Part shown: positions 42,493 to 53,340 of the stretch, one piece after another
How positions within the stretch are numbered: position 1 is the first letter of the stretch
How the letters are laid out: every line of letters begins with the position of its first letter
Source of the DNA: Escherichia phage vB_EcoM_G29
Sequence record: MK327940.1
Direction: 5' to 3' (one strand)
Length of the DNA: 64,000 bases
The notes under the pieces: model-generated
Database searches by the model: none
What the model saw: the letters and a program-made list of their open reading frames with translations, nothing else
What the model was told of the DNA's origin: nothing
Made by a program: the position numbers and the translations under genes

Positions 42493-43671
42493 TTAAAAGT
42501 ATTTTTTAAAACTCATCATAACTTTATCATCAACATCATTATCAATCTGTGCAACAAGATAAGATGACAGTTCTACTTCTTGTGGCGCTGATTGAACATT
42601 ATCAGAATTAAGATATTCACGAATCCAAGGATATGGATGTTTAACCGGAGCATCGGTAATTGGGCATGGAAGACCGCACTGTTTCATACGAGATACAGTT
42701 AAGTAATCAATAAAGCTCCACATGCTATTTGTATTTAATCCAGGAACATCGCCATCTTTAAATAAATGAACTGCCCAATCTTTTTCTTGGCGGTTAACTT
42801 CCATGAAAATATCAACTGCTTCTTGTTCACACTCTTGAGCAATTTTAACCCATTGATCGCCATCAGTACCAGATTGAAGTTGACGAATAATATATTGTGT
42901 ACCTTTAAGATGAAGCTGCTCATCACGTGCAATGAACTTCATAATCTTGGCATTACCTTCCATGATTTCCATGTTTTTATGGAAGTTAAAGGTACACGCA
43001 AAGGATACATAAAAACGAATAGCTTCTAATGCATTAATAACGTGCAAACAGAGGTAAAGAGATTTCATTAGCTCACGCTTCCAATATGTCTCATGCTCAA
43101 TAGCATCTTCAATAACGTCTTCGTCTGCATTAATTTCTTTTTGGTATTCGATATCAGCTTTAGCGTTTTCCCAATAACGAGTTTTAATCAGAACATCATC
43201 ATAATAACGTCCAATGGATTCAGCACGTTTCATAATAGCTTCATCTAATACAATTTCATCAAATACCTTCGATGGATCAGTATAAAGATTTCGCATGATA
43301 TGAGTATATGAACGACTGTGAATAGTTTCACTAAAAGTCCATGTAGCAACCCATGTATCAAGGCTTGGGTCTGAAATTAATGACATAAGTACAGCAGATG
43401 GCGCGCGACCCTGAATGCTATCTAAAAGTGATTGATACTTCAAGTTGTTAGTAAAAATATTTTGCTGATACTGAGGAAGCTTATTAAACTGTGCAGCATC
43501 CATCATCAAGTTTACTTCTTCAGGACGCCAGAAAAATGATAATTGCTTTTCGGTTAAATCTTCAAAAACTTTATGACGTTGAATATCATAACGCGCAATA
43601 CCAAGACCTGAACCAAAAAACATAGGTTCTTTTAAAACATCAACTGGATTTGTATTAAAAACTGTGCTCAT
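42493..43671 (-). CDS. nrdB: ribonucleotide reductase small subunit NrdB, uninterrupted (392 aa)
   Basis: Continuous ORF with di-iron ligand motifs; no intron. Confidence 0.95.
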   Translation of the reverse strand: MSTVFNTNPVDVLKEPMFFGSGLGIARYDIQRHKVFEDLTEKQLSFFWRPEEVNLMMDAAQFNKLPQYQQNIFTNNLKYQSLLDSIQGRAPSAVLMSLISDPSLDTWVATWTFSETIHSRSYTHIMRNLYTDPSKVFDEIVLDEAIMKRAESIGRYYDDVLIKTRYWENAKADIEYQKEINADEDVIEDAIEHETYWKRELMKSLYLCLHVINALEAIRFYVSFACTFNFHKNMEIMEGNAKIMKFIARDEQLHLKGTQYIIRQLQSGTDGDQWVKIAQECEQEAVDIFMEVNRQEKDWAVHLFKDGDVPGLNTNSMWSFIDYLTVSRMKQCGLPCPITDAPVKHPYPWIREYLNSDNVQSAPQEVELSSYLVAQIDNDVDDKVMMSFKKYF

Positions 43672-43722
43672 AAATTTTCCGCTTAGTTAATAGTTGGTGA
43701 CTCGTCCGTGAGTCAAATTATA

Positions 43723-45987
43723 TCATAATTTACAGGATGAACAATCTTCAGCTTTTGGAGTTTCTATTTCATAATCATCAGTACCAGAACCGTCACGGGT
43801 ATTATGATAATAGAAATTTTTTCCGCCAAAATACCAGAAATACAAAAGGTCATCAATCATTATTGACATTGGAACCTTGCCTTTAGGGAAGATTTGGGGG
43901 TCATAGTATGTATTCGCCGAAGCTGATTGACAAACCCATTTCAGCATAATAGCTACCTGCGTAAGATAAGGTTTATTACCTTTCTTAGCTAATTTCCATG
44001 TATAATCATATAGGTCTATGTTATGTTCAATATTGGGCACGACTTGATTAAAGGAACCCTCTTTTGATTCTTTAACAGAGACTGGTCCACGTGGAGGCTC
44101 GATACCGTTTGTACTGTTAGAAACTTGGGAAGATGACTCACATGGCATAAGTGCTGATAGTGTGCTATTACGGATGCCAAAGAGCTTAAGGTCTTCCCGC
44201 AGCGACGACCAGTCACAAACGTATTTTGGAGCTGCGATTTGGTCAATCTTTTTATTGTACCAGTCGATAGGTAATTCGCCTCGAGACCAACGAGTGTCTG
44301 AATAATATTCGCAAGGTCCTTTTTCTTTGGCGAGCTTAATGGATGCTTTAATGAGTCCATACTGTAATCTCTCAAATAGTTCATGTGTTAAATCGTTAGC
44401 ATCTTCATAAGAAGCAAAGTTACTTGCCAGCCAAGCTGCATAGTTGGTAACACCTACACCGAGGTTACGACGCTTTTTAGCTTTTTCTGCTTCAGGAACT
44501 GGATATCCTTGGTAATCCAAAAGATTATCAAGAGCACGAACTTGAACTTCTGCCAATTCATTAATTTTATCTTGGTCTTGCCAGTCAAAATTATCTAGTA
44601 CGAATGCAGAGAGAGTACACAATCCAATTTCAGCATCAGGACTATTCACATCATTTGTTGGAATAGCAATTTCACAGCACAAGTTACTCTGACGAATAGG
44701 TGCCTTTTCACGAATAAACGGAGTATAGTTATTCGTATTATCAATGAACTGTACATAAATTCTTGCTGTTCCTGAACGTTCAGTCATGAGCAATTCAAAT
44801 AGTTCACGGGCTTTAATACGCTTTTTACGAATATTAGGGTCTTTTTCTGCTGCTTCGTATAATTCACGGAAACGGTCTTGGTCTTTAAAATAAGAATAAT
44901 AAAGCTCTCCACCCATTTCATGCGGACTGAACAAAGTAATGTAATCGTTCTTTCCGAATCGTTCCATCATCAAATCATTCAGTTGAACACCATAATCCAT
45001 ATGACGAATGCGGTTTTCTTCTACGCCTTTGTTATTTTTCAAAACGAGAAGATTTTCAACTTCCAAATGCCAAATAGGATAATAAGCAGTAGCAGCGCCG
45101 CCACGAATTCCACCCTGTGAACATGATTTAACTGCAGTCTGAAAATGTTTCCAAAAAGGAATAACACCAGTATGGCGTACTTCACCCATGCCAATCTTAG
45201 AACCTTCGGCACGAATCATACCAACGTTAATACCAATTCCAGCGCGTTTAGAGATATATTCAACAATCGAAGCGGAAGCCTTATTGATAGACTTCAGCGA
45301 ATCACCTGCCTCAATAACAACACATGAACTAAACTGTCGAGTCGGAGTACGACAACCAGCCATAATAGGAGTTGGTAATGAAATCTGTCGAGTAGATACT
45401 GCTTCATAAAAACGAATAACATGTTTTAATCTATCAACAGGTTCATCTTGATGCAATGCCATTCCAATAGTCATAAATGCAAACTGCGGAGTTTCATAAA
45501 TTTGACCAGTGGTTTTATCTTTAACGAGATATTTTTCTTTTAATTGCATCGCCCCGGAATAAGTAAATTCCATATCCCGTTCGTGCTTAATTTTTGATTC
45601 TAAAAATGTAATTTCTTCTGCTGAATATTTTGACAACAATTCAGGGTCATATTTACCTTCATTTACACAGTAAGAAATATGGTCAATAAATGAACGCGGT
45701 TCATACTGCCCATAAACATGCTTACGAAGAGCGAACATTAGACAACGTGCAGCTACATATTGATAATCAGGCTCTTCAACCGAAATAGAATTCGCAGCGG
45801 CCTTAATGACAATAGTCTGAATATCATCAGTTGTCATTCCATCACGGAGATAAGATTTAATATTTTCATATAATTCATAAGGATCTACTGATGTTCCCTC
45901 AGCTGCCCAAGATAAAACTTTAATAATTTTTTGTGGGTCAAAGCTCTGAGAAACACCACTACTTTTGATAACATTAATTAATTGCAT
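43723..45987 (-). CDS. nrdA: ribonucleotide reductase large subunit NrdA (754 aa)
   Basis: 754-aa ORF equal to T4 NrdA length; class I RNR active-site Cys/Glu context. Confidence 0.97.
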   Translation of the reverse strand: MQLINVIKSSGVSQSFDPQKIIKVLSWAAEGTSVDPYELYENIKSYLRDGMTTDDIQTIVIKAAANSISVEEPDYQYVAARCLMFALRKHVYGQYEPRSFIDHISYCVNEGKYDPELLSKYSAEEITFLESKIKHERDMEFTYSGAMQLKEKYLVKDKTTGQIYETPQFAFMTIGMALHQDEPVDRLKHVIRFYEAVSTRQISLPTPIMAGCRTPTRQFSSCVVIEAGDSLKSINKASASIVEYISKRAGIGINVGMIRAEGSKIGMGEVRHTGVIPFWKHFQTAVKSCSQGGIRGGAATAYYPIWHLEVENLLVLKNNKGVEENRIRHMDYGVQLNDLMMERFGKNDYITLFSPHEMGGELYYSYFKDQDRFRELYEAAEKDPNIRKKRIKARELFELLMTERSGTARIYVQFIDNTNNYTPFIREKAPIRQSNLCCEIAIPTNDVNSPDAEIGLCTLSAFVLDNFDWQDQDKINELAEVQVRALDNLLDYQGYPVPEAEKAKKRRNLGVGVTNYAAWLASNFASYEDANDLTHELFERLQYGLIKASIKLAKEKGPCEYYSDTRWSRGELPIDWYNKKIDQIAAPKYVCDWSSLREDLKLFGIRNSTLSALMPCESSSQVSNSTNGIEPPRGPVSVKESKEGSFNQVVPNIEHNIDLYDYTWKLAKKGNKPYLTQVAIMLKWVCQSASANTYYDPQIFPKGKVPMSIMIDDLLYFWYFGGKNFYYHNTRDGSGTDDYEIETPKAEDCSSCKL

Positions 45988-46304
45988 AAGTCCTCAACTT
46001 GAAAATCGTCTTTAAACAATCGGTTAACTATATGAGCTATTATATCACCATGACACGGCTTTGGTTTACATGTGCATCCTAGCCTCATTCCACGTAAAGG
46101 CTCTAAATGTGCTTTAGTTATTTCTCCGGATTTAATTCGACGTATAAAATCTTTTTTGAATAATTCAATGGCAGCCTCCCGGCTGCCAGCATCTTTACCG
46201 ACGTAATTTCCCCAAAATGTACCACGGTGAATATTAACATCAAAGTCGGATTTGTATTTATTCACTACCCGACATAGACGGCCCGCGCGGTGATAATTCG
46301 GCAT
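45978..46304 (-). CDS. small Cys/His-motif protein, 108 aa (nrdA.1-position)
   Basis: ORF with motif [12 protein letters not shown]; overlaps nrdA start. Confidence 0.6.
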   Translation of the reverse strand: MPNYHRAGRLCRVVNKYKSDFDVNIHRGTFWGNYVGKDAGSREAAIELFKKDFIRRIKSGEITKAHLEPLRGMRLGCTCKPKPCHGDIIAHIVNRLFKDDFQVEDLCN

Positions 46305-46521
46305 ATTGTTTTTCCGTTAAAACAGTAATATCGTAGTAACAGTCAGAAGAAGTTTTAACTGTGGAAATTTTATTATCAAAATACTCACGAGTCATTTTAT
46401 GAGTATAATATTTTTTGCCATAAATGATAATAGGCTGATTTGGTCCTGGAACTTCTAGCTCACTTGGATTAGGAAGTGTAAAAAGAACTACACCAGAAGT
46501 ATCTTTAAATCGTAAAATCAT
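46258..46521 (-). CDS. hypothetical protein, 87 aa (nrdA.2-position)
   Basis: ORF overlapping the td stop (ATGA-type coupling) and the next ORF by 47 nt. Confidence 0.55.
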   Translation of the reverse strand: MILRFKDTSGVVLFTLPNPSELEVPGPNQPIIIYGKKYYTHKMTREYFDNKISTVKTSSDCYYDITVLTEKQYAELSPRGPSMSGSE

Positions 46522-47378
46522 ATTGCCATTTTCCCTTTAATTGCTGGATGCGATTCATAATTTTCAAGGATAAAATCTTTCGGTTTCATGTATTCAGTTA
46601 ACCAGTAAAGCTGTGTTTCGGTGTCACAATTTCCAAACTCTATAGGCCAATCAATTTTAAGTTCACATAGTTCTTTAGGCTCACGACGTAAAATTTCTTT
46701 ACATTGCTCAGTATGATTCATATAGATGTGAGTATTACCACCAGAAAATATCAAATCTCCTGGGATAAGATTACACATCTTAGCCACAATATGCGTCAAG
46801 GCAGCGTACGAGGCAATGTTGAATGGCAATCCCAAGAAAACATCTACACTTCTTTGGTACCATTGTAAATCAAGATAACCATTACGCACATTAAACTGAT
46901 AGAACATATGACAGGGCGGTAATGCCATTTGATTGATTTCAGCTGGATTCCATGCTGAAACGATTTGACGTCGATCAGTTGGTAATTTTTTAATACGATC
47001 AATAGTTTCAACTAATTGATCCACACCGCCGAAATCACGCCATTGTTTACCGTATATAGGACCAAGTTCACCACTATGATATCCTAGGTCTTTAGCCTGG
47101 TTTTCATAGTTATCGTCCCAAATAGTTTTACCTTGAATAAGACTACCATGTGTGCGAAGACGTAAATCATTAACATTGGTAGAACCGGAAATAAACCATA
47201 GAAGCTCAGCAATGCATGCATTCCACGCAAGCTTCTTAGTTGTTACCGCAGGAAAACCTTTAGTTAAATCCCAACGTAATTTAGTACCGAACAAAGCAAT
47301 TGTTCCTGTGCCTGTTCGGTCATCGGTTTCATAGCCATTTTCAAAAATGTCTTTAATTAAATCTTGGTATTGTTTCAT
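46518..47378 (-). CDS. td: thymidylate synthase, uninterrupted (286 aa)
   Basis: Continuous 286-aa ORF with ThyA motifs (PPCH, DxxLGxPFN); no group I intron. Confidence 0.97.
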   Translation of the reverse strand: MKQYQDLIKDIFENGYETDDRTGTGTIALFGTKLRWDLTKGFPAVTTKKLAWNACIAELLWFISGSTNVNDLRLRTHGSLIQGKTIWDDNYENQAKDLGYHSGELGPIYGKQWRDFGGVDQLVETIDRIKKLPTDRRQIVSAWNPAEINQMALPPCHMFYQFNVRNGYLDLQWYQRSVDVFLGLPFNIASYAALTHIVAKMCNLIPGDLIFSGGNTHIYMNHTEQCKEILRREPKELCELKIDWPIEFGNCDTETQLYWLTEYMKPKDFILENYESHPAIKGKMAI

Positions 47379-47423
47379 TTAGTACCTTATATAAATTATA
47401 ATACATTTTATGAAGCTAAATAA

Positions 47424-47771
47424 TCAATACGGTTTAGCATCAAATTTTCTCTCAATTTCAGGCGTGAAATATAATTCTTTACCGCGTTTGGAAAAGCGAC
47501 CAATAATATGATAATTATTCTCATCAAATGTGATATTACCAATATCCATAGCTTTCAACCAAATATCGATATTTCTATCCAGCTTTATGTCAAAATTCCA
47601 ATACGGAGAACTATTACCGAAAATACTGCAAGCGGATTCAGTGAAACAACTGCTATAAATCTTGTCTTTAGGAACTACTAATTGATAGACACCTTTAATA
47701 AACTGAGGACCCTGCCACTTTGGCTGTTTCGTGTCTTTTTCTAATAGAATAGGGTAATAATTAAAATTCAT
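47424..47771 (-). CDS. hypothetical protein, 115 aa, inserted between frd and td
   Basis: ORF with ATG start and GGCGGA upstream; occupies a position where frd and td are recalled to overlap in T4. Confidence 0.6.
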   Translation of the reverse strand: MNFNYYPILLEKDTKQPKWQGPQFIKGVYQLVVPKDKIYSSCFTESACSIFGNSSPYWNFDIKLDRNIDIWLKAMDIGNITFDENNYHIIGRFSKRGKELYFTPEIERKFDAKPY

Positions 47772-47790
47772 ATTTCCGCCACGCGTTATT

Positions 47791-48617
<827 letters not shown>

Positions 48618-48628
48618 ATTATCTCCTA

Positions 48629-48961
48629 TTAAAAAGGATCAGGAACATATCCGCTAGCTTTAATCATTTTAATTAACGTTAACATTCCTTTGTTAACTGC
48701 TCGTGAGATTTCATCAAAAACTTCATCACTAAAAAGTTCTAACACGCCCTTCTGAACTTTTAATTTACAGCCAACAATTTCGTCATCTCCTATAGTAAAT
48801 TCGCTTCCGCCAATTCCGCCGAAAAACTTAATTACGCCAGTTAACTGTCTTCCACGAGAATATGGGTCGTGTGATAAAGTAATATGAGTCACCCCGGGTA
48901 CAGTTTTAAATTGGCAGCGAATATTTACTTGTGAAATTCCAATTACATGAATGTCAGACAT
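48629..48961 (-). CDS. hypothetical protein, 110 aa (frd.2-like)
   Basis: ORF with ATG start. Confidence 0.6.
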   Translation of the reverse strand: MSDIHVIGISQVNIRCQFKTVPGVTHITLSHDPYSRGRQLTGVIKFFGGIGGSEFTIGDDEIVGCKLKVQKGVLELFSDEVFDEISRAVNKGMLTLIKMIKASGYVPDPF

Positions 48962-48971
48962 AATATTTTCC

Positions 48972-49214
48972 TCAAATAGACTTTTTCACAATTTTCCAAT
49001 CAGCTTTAAACTGATCGACGTCAGAGTGATAAATCCAAAATCCTGCGCTTTCACCGTCTTCATAAAGCGGACACCCATCACATTCATCTTCCCATCCCAT
49101 GCCACGTAAAAGGTGTTCAGCTTTTTCAACAAGTTCAGAATCTTTACCGATGATATTAAAATACCATTTACCTCTAACTTCTGAATCTTTGATACTCTGA
49201 CGTTGTAATCTCAT
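48972..49214 (-). CDS. hypothetical protein, 80 aa (frd.3-like)
   Basis: ORF with CDGC motif; early promoter upstream. Confidence 0.6.
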   Translation of the reverse strand: MRLQRQSIKDSEVRGKWYFNIIGKDSELVEKAEHLLRGMGWEDECDGCPLYEDGESAGFWIYHSDVDQFKADWKIVKKSI

Positions 49215-49323
49215 TTTATTCTCCTTAGCAAGCTTTAATCAAAAGATATAAACAGACCAACATAACTGCTGCCATAATATAAGGTGCGAACATTTTCTTT
49301 TCTCCATTAGTTTTGATAGGGTA

Positions 49324-49353
49324 ATAGTATCACACTACTACCCTTTTGTAAAC
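49324..49353 (-). promoter_or_regulatory. early promoter (GTTTAC-N18-TACTAT) upstream of frd.3-like ORF
   Basis: Minus-strand motif pair; GTTTAC overlaps stop of upstream ORF. Confidence 0.45.
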
Positions 49354-49718
49354 TACTTTTTGAAAGTTTTTCGCAAAAGTTCAATGATTTCATCTACATT
49401 GTTTTCGTCAACAATGCAGTGAATTTTTGTTACGCCAGAAACTATGTCTTCGGCTCCATCTTCTTCAGAAGTCGGTTCTTTATACTCGCGAAAACAATGA
49501 AATTCGTCTTCACAAACGTTAAAGTAAAAATGCTTTCCATTTGCGCATTCAATGTGTTTTATTACTCTAAATCCATCAACAAAGAAAGCTTCTTTAACTT
49601 CAAACCATCCACCATTTTCTTGAATAATTTTAACTATCGATGAATTAGAACGTGGGCGATAATTAATAAATGTATCAATAAGTCTTGGAACAAGCTCATA
49701 CTTTTTGCCAATATACAT
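49353..49718 (-). CDS. hypothetical protein, 121 aa
   Basis: ORF with ATG start; Cys/His-rich. Confidence 0.55.
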   Translation of the reverse strand: MYIGKKYELVPRLIDTFINYRPRSNSSIVKIIQENGGWFEVKEAFFVDGFRVIKHIECANGKHFYFNVCEDEFHCFREYKEPTSEEDGAEDIVSGVTKIHCIVDENNVDEIIELLRKTFKK

Positions 49719-49763
49719 TACGTTTTCCTCATTTTAACGGGGCTTGTAATAGCCCCTTGATAA

Positions 49764-49994
49764 TTATTGTTCAATCAATCCCATGTAAAATTCTGCGTCT
49801 TCAGAATCCATACCATCACAATATTCATTAGCCATAAAGCGGGTGAGGTCTTCAAGAGGACCTTCAATGACAATAGAAAAATTGCAATAATTGGGATCAT
49901 CGTGAATACTTGTGATACTAAGTTCAGGATAACGATTACGAATAATTTCTTCGATATATTCAAAATCAACGATGTCAATATCAACTTTAGCCAT
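49764..49994 (-). CDS. hypothetical acidic protein, 76 aa
   Basis: ATG at 49994 (MAKVDIDIV...) with GAGGAA upstream; track ORF extends to 50120 without RBS. Confidence 0.55.
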   Translation of the reverse strand: MAKVDIDIVDFEYIEEIIRNRYPELSITSIHDDPNYCNFSIVIEGPLEDLTRFMANEYCDGMDSEDAEFYMGLIEQ

Positions 49995-50037
49995 ATTATT
50001 TTCCTCTTTAATTATCAGCAGTATTGCCGATAGTTGT

Positions 50038-50067
50038 ATAGTACCATGGAAGGACAAGGATGTAAAC
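50038..50067 (-). promoter_or_regulatory. early promoter (GTTTAC-N18-TACTAT) downstream of gene 32 terminator
   Basis: Minus-strand motif pair upstream of ORF 49764-49994. Confidence 0.45.
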
Positions 50068-50091
50068 AGTTTTGTGAAAAAATTTTTGAAA

Positions 50092-50118
50092 TAAAAAAAG
50101 GGGACCTCTAGGGTCCCC
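50092..50118 (-). terminator. intrinsic terminator after gene 32
   Basis: Minus strand: ggggaccc-stem-loop followed by U8 run, 23 nt after gene 32 stop. Confidence 0.7.
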
Positions 50119-50140
50119 AATTAATTAGTAATATAATCTG

Positions 50141-51049
50141 TTAAAGGTCATTCAAAAGGTCATCTAGGTCCGTGTCATCAGCACTAGATGAACTGCCAGA
50201 GCTTGAGCTCATAAAATCATCTTCAGTTTTTGTTTTGAAGTCATCAACATTGAATGCATCCAAATCATCAGCAACTTTATCAGCTTTCTTAGCGGCAGTT
50301 GCAGCGGCACCACCCATTGCAGCAGTTCCCATAACTTGACTGAACTTAGTGCTCAGTTCTTCAAATGATTTGAATTTATCTTTAGAAGTCATTTCAGAAA
50401 GGTCAACCATTTGTTCGAACAGTTCTTTCTGGAAAGATTCATCGTCAATGTTTGGAATCGCAGATTGATTCAGGAATTTAGATTCGTCGTAGTTACTAAA
50501 ACCAGAAACTTGTTTAACTTTCAGTACAAAGTTAGCACCTTCCCACGGGCAAGTTACATCAACCGGAGTTTCACCCATTTCAACATCAACTGCAATCATT
50601 GCATTGATTTTATCCCAGATTTTCTTACCGAAACGATATTTAAATACTTTACCTTCGTTTTCTGGAGCAGCTGGGTCTTTTACAACAAGAATGTTAGCCC
50701 AGTAAGAAGTTTTACGTTTAACAAGACTGTACTCTTTATTGTCAGTGTTGTACAAATCATTTTTACTGATGTACTGACATACTGGACAAGAATCGTAATC
50801 ACCGTAGGTAGATGAGCATGTTTCGATATACCATTTACCATTTTTCTTGAAACCGTGATTTACAAGAAGTGCGAATGGTGCTTGTTCATCATTTTTAGAC
50901 GGAAGAAAACGAATTACTGCTTGGCCGTTACCCGCATTGTCGAGTTTCAGTTTCCACTCGCCTTTATCTTCAGAAGAAAAACCACCTTTATTTCCAGCCA
51001 GTTTAGCCATTTGCGCAGCGAGTTCAGCAGTAGATTTACGTTTAAACAT
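50141..51049 (-). CDS. 32: single-stranded DNA-binding protein gp32 (301-302 aa)
   Basis: ORF with zinc-binding region (HxCxxC context) and acidic Ser/Asp-rich C-terminus typical of gp32; operator leader upstream. Confidence 0.97.
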   Translation of the reverse strand: MFKRKSTAELAAQMAKLAGNKGGFSSEDKGEWKLKLDNAGNGQAVIRFLPSKNDEQAPFALLVNHGFKKNGKWYIETCSSTYGDYDSCPVCQYISKNDLYNTDNKEYSLVKRKTSYWANILVVKDPAAPENEGKVFKYRFGKKIWDKINAMIAVDVEMGETPVDVTCPWEGANFVLKVKQVSGFSNYDESKFLNQSAIPNIDDESFQKELFEQMVDLSEMTSKDKFKSFEELSTKFSQVMGTAAMGGAAATAAKKADKVADDLDAFNVDDFKTKTEDDFMSSSSGSSSSADDTDLDDLLNDL

Positions 51050-51140
51050 TTTTATTTCCTTTTTAATTTAATTAACAGTTGGTGCTATGACGATGTATGA
51101 CCTCATAGCTGGTCAGTGAGATAATTATAATCTTATTTAT
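51050..51140 (-). promoter_or_regulatory. gene 32 leader: autoregulatory translational operator (hairpin/pseudoknot region plus UUAAA repeats) and upstream promoter elements
   Basis: Leader reads ...gugcuaugacgauguaugaccucauag...uuaauuaaauuaaaaaggaaauaaaaAUG; inverted repeat cuauga/ucauag; minus-strand TATAAATA at 51123-51130 and TGCTTAT-12-TATAAT. Confidence 0.6.
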
Positions 51141-51149
51141 AATAAGCAA

Positions 51150-51803
51150 TTAATACTTGCAAGATTTCACAGTTTCAATGAAAACATTTTTAGCTTTCTG
51201 TGAATCAATATTTAAAATTTTTCTATAAGCCTTTAACTTTATAGAATAATTATTCCAGACTAAATTATCAGTCTGTTCATCATGTTTATCAATTATATTT
51301 AAAAACGAATCAAGCAAGATAAACGTTTCAAACGAAATTATATTCGATTGAAGTAGTTTAAAAATATAACTTGATTGAACTTTTGGATTATACTCAAAGA
51401 TTTCTTTAAAAGCAGAAACTTCAACTTTTTTACTAAAATAGTAAATATTGCGAATATCTTCTTCAAACTTAAATTTAATTTGCTTTAAGCGTCCGATATA
51501 TTCACGATAAAACACAAGTGCATCAGCGTCAGAGATGTCACCAATCCAAGCATCTTGGTTAGCAACCAAATTACTTATAAAAATTAAAGCAAGTTCCTTT
51601 AATTTATATTTTTCTGATAACTTCTGGAAAAAATACTTATCCCTTCGCTTTTGATAAGCGGCATCAGACACCCGCATGCACCAATTATACTTAATTACAT
51701 CATACTTTCCATTCATATGCTGTTTTATCATTAAGTATAATTTATAAACTGATTTACCATCAATGTATCTTTCACCACCAGCAGGCATGCGGAGTTTAAT
51801 CAT
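51150..51803 (-). CDS. 59: helicase loader gp59 (217 aa)
   Basis: 217-aa ORF, T4 gp59 length and position. Confidence 0.9.
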   Translation of the reverse strand: MIKLRMPAGGERYIDGKSVYKLYLMIKQHMNGKYDVIKYNWCMRVSDAAYQKRRDKYFFQKLSEKYKLKELALIFISNLVANQDAWIGDISDADALVFYREYIGRLKQIKFKFEEDIRNIYYFSKKVEVSAFKEIFEYNPKVQSSYIFKLLQSNIISFETFILLDSFLNIIDKHDEQTDNLVWNNYSIKLKAYRKILNIDSQKAKNVFIETVKSCKY

Positions 51804-52138
51804 AGTAGAAAATCTAATGTATTAGTTTTTTCACAACGAACAACAGAAGGACGTAAAAGATTTTCGTCAATAGCTTCTGACTGAATTTTTTCAATTATAC
51901 CCGAAGGAATAAATTTAGCAAATTGAGTTTCAGGAATAGAATTTTCTTCTAAGAATGCTGTTGTAGCTTCAAGATAACTCATTCCAAACTCTTCTACCAT
52001 TTTTTCAATAATAAATCCATTTTCTTGGCGGTCAAGAAGCTTTGCAATTTCATCCTTTTCTTTCTTAATTGAAAGTTCTTTTTCTGAAAGTCCGGTCTCA
52101 TCGACCGGACGAATATCATTTAGAGAAAACTGTGTCAT
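51800..52138 (-). CDS. 33: late transcription accessory protein gp33 (112 aa)
   Basis: Track start TTG 52147; ATG at 52138 gives the 112-aa T4 length; overlaps gp59 start. Confidence 0.85.
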   Translation of the reverse strand: MTQFSLNDIRPVDETGLSEKELSIKKEKDEIAKLLDRQENGFIIEKMVEEFGMSYLEATTAFLEENSIPETQFAKFIPSGIIEKIQSEAIDENLLRPSVVRCEKTNTLDFLL

Positions 52139-52385
52139 AAAGTTCAACTACCTCTTCAGTTTCAGCTTCAAACACATCACGATTATCTTTATGATACAAA
52201 GCTAACAGACGATTAAACATCTTACCATCAACGCCAAGTTCATCTTTGGCACGAATTCGAATATCTTTAATCAATTCATTATAACCAGAAATTTTCAGTT
52301 TATGATCAGATGCTTCTTTAATAAATTTAGCCAAGTCTTCGCCATGGATAGCTTCATCAAATTCAACCATTTCTTTTTTAGCCAT
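52116..52385 (-). CDS. dsbA: dsDNA-binding protein DsbA (89 aa)
   Basis: 89-aa ORF, T4 dsbA length and position between rnh and 33. Confidence 0.85.
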   Translation of the reverse strand: MAKKEMVEFDEAIHGEDLAKFIKEASDHKLKISGYNELIKDIRIRAKDELGVDGKMFNRLLALYHKDNRDVFEAETEEVVELYDTVFSK

Positions 52386-52393
52386 TATTCACC

Positions 52394-53311
52394 TCAAAAT
52401 TCATTAATGCTATTAGTTAATTTAGAAAGACCCGCTTTTACAAAATATGAATAAATTTTGCCGCGCGGTGGTAATTTATATGAATTATAGTAATTCACAA
52501 TGTTTGAAGCAATATTATCAGGAATATAATCAAAATCAATTAGAACTAAATTTTCTTTATAACGATTATATTCAGATTCTGTGAGAAGCACCTTAGCTTG
52601 CTCACGGTCATTAGCAATAGCTTCAACAATAGAGGTTTTCATTGAAGGAGTTCGTTCACCTTCAACTCTGGTAAACCAAAAGTCAGATCGTACTTTAACT
52701 GAAGCAACGTTATCCTTTTTGTCGCCTTTAAGGATTTTAGTCATACAGTCAATTTCAGCAGAACCGCTTTTAATTTTAACCCATTTCTTGTGCATCGGTG
52801 ACCATTGCTTAACATTTGGGTATTTGTGAAGTTGAGTAAAGTCACCATCCGACGAAATGATTAAAATCTTATGTCCTTCTAAAGAGAACTTTTTAACAAG
52901 AACAGCGATATGATCATCTGCTTCATACTTATCAATATCCATAACGATGTATGGCATATAAGCTTTCAATTCATCTATAACTTTATGACTGGATTCAAAA
53001 TAACCTTCCCAGTCCCAAGTAGATTCTTCTCGTGCTTTTCCACGGTTTTTCTTATAATAATAAGCGAAATCACGACGCCAGTATCCAGATTTCGCATTAT
53101 CAATACACAATACAATTTTAGTGTATCCAAGAGTTTTTGCTTTTTTAACATTGAACTTAATTGAGTTCAATATCAAATGACGAACCATTGATAAATTAAT
53201 TTTTTCTTTATCTGGGAAGTTTACCAGAGCAGTTGAAAGCGCAATCTGACTAAAGTCAATTAAGCAAATTCCTTCTTTGTAATCTTCATCCAGCATCATT
53301 TCTAAATCCAT
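52394..53311 (-). CDS. rnh: RNase H / 5'-3' exonuclease (305 aa)
   Basis: Track start TTG 53326; ATG at 53311 (MDLEMMLDE...) gives 305 aa; FEN-family acidic residues. Confidence 0.9.
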   Translation of the reverse strand: MDLEMMLDEDYKEGICLIDFSQIALSTALVNFPDKEKINLSMVRHLILNSIKFNVKKAKTLGYTKIVLCIDNAKSGYWRRDFAYYYKKNRGKAREESTWDWEGYFESSHKVIDELKAYMPYIVMDIDKYEADDHIAVLVKKFSLEGHKILIISSDGDFTQLHKYPNVKQWSPMHKKWVKIKSGSAEIDCMTKILKGDKKDNVASVKVRSDFWFTRVEGERTPSMKTSIVEAIANDREQAKVLLTESEYNRYKENLVLIDFDYIPDNIASNIVNYYNSYKLPPRGKIYSYFVKAGLSKLTNSINEF

Positions 53312-53340
53312 ATGAACCTCGTTCAATTAGTGAGATTTCT

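Noticed and set aside
46518-47378. Search for group I intron / I-TevI-like GIY-YIG ORF inside td (and I-TevIII in nrdB, 42493-43671)
   Set aside because: Both genes are continuous full-length ORFs with no insertion
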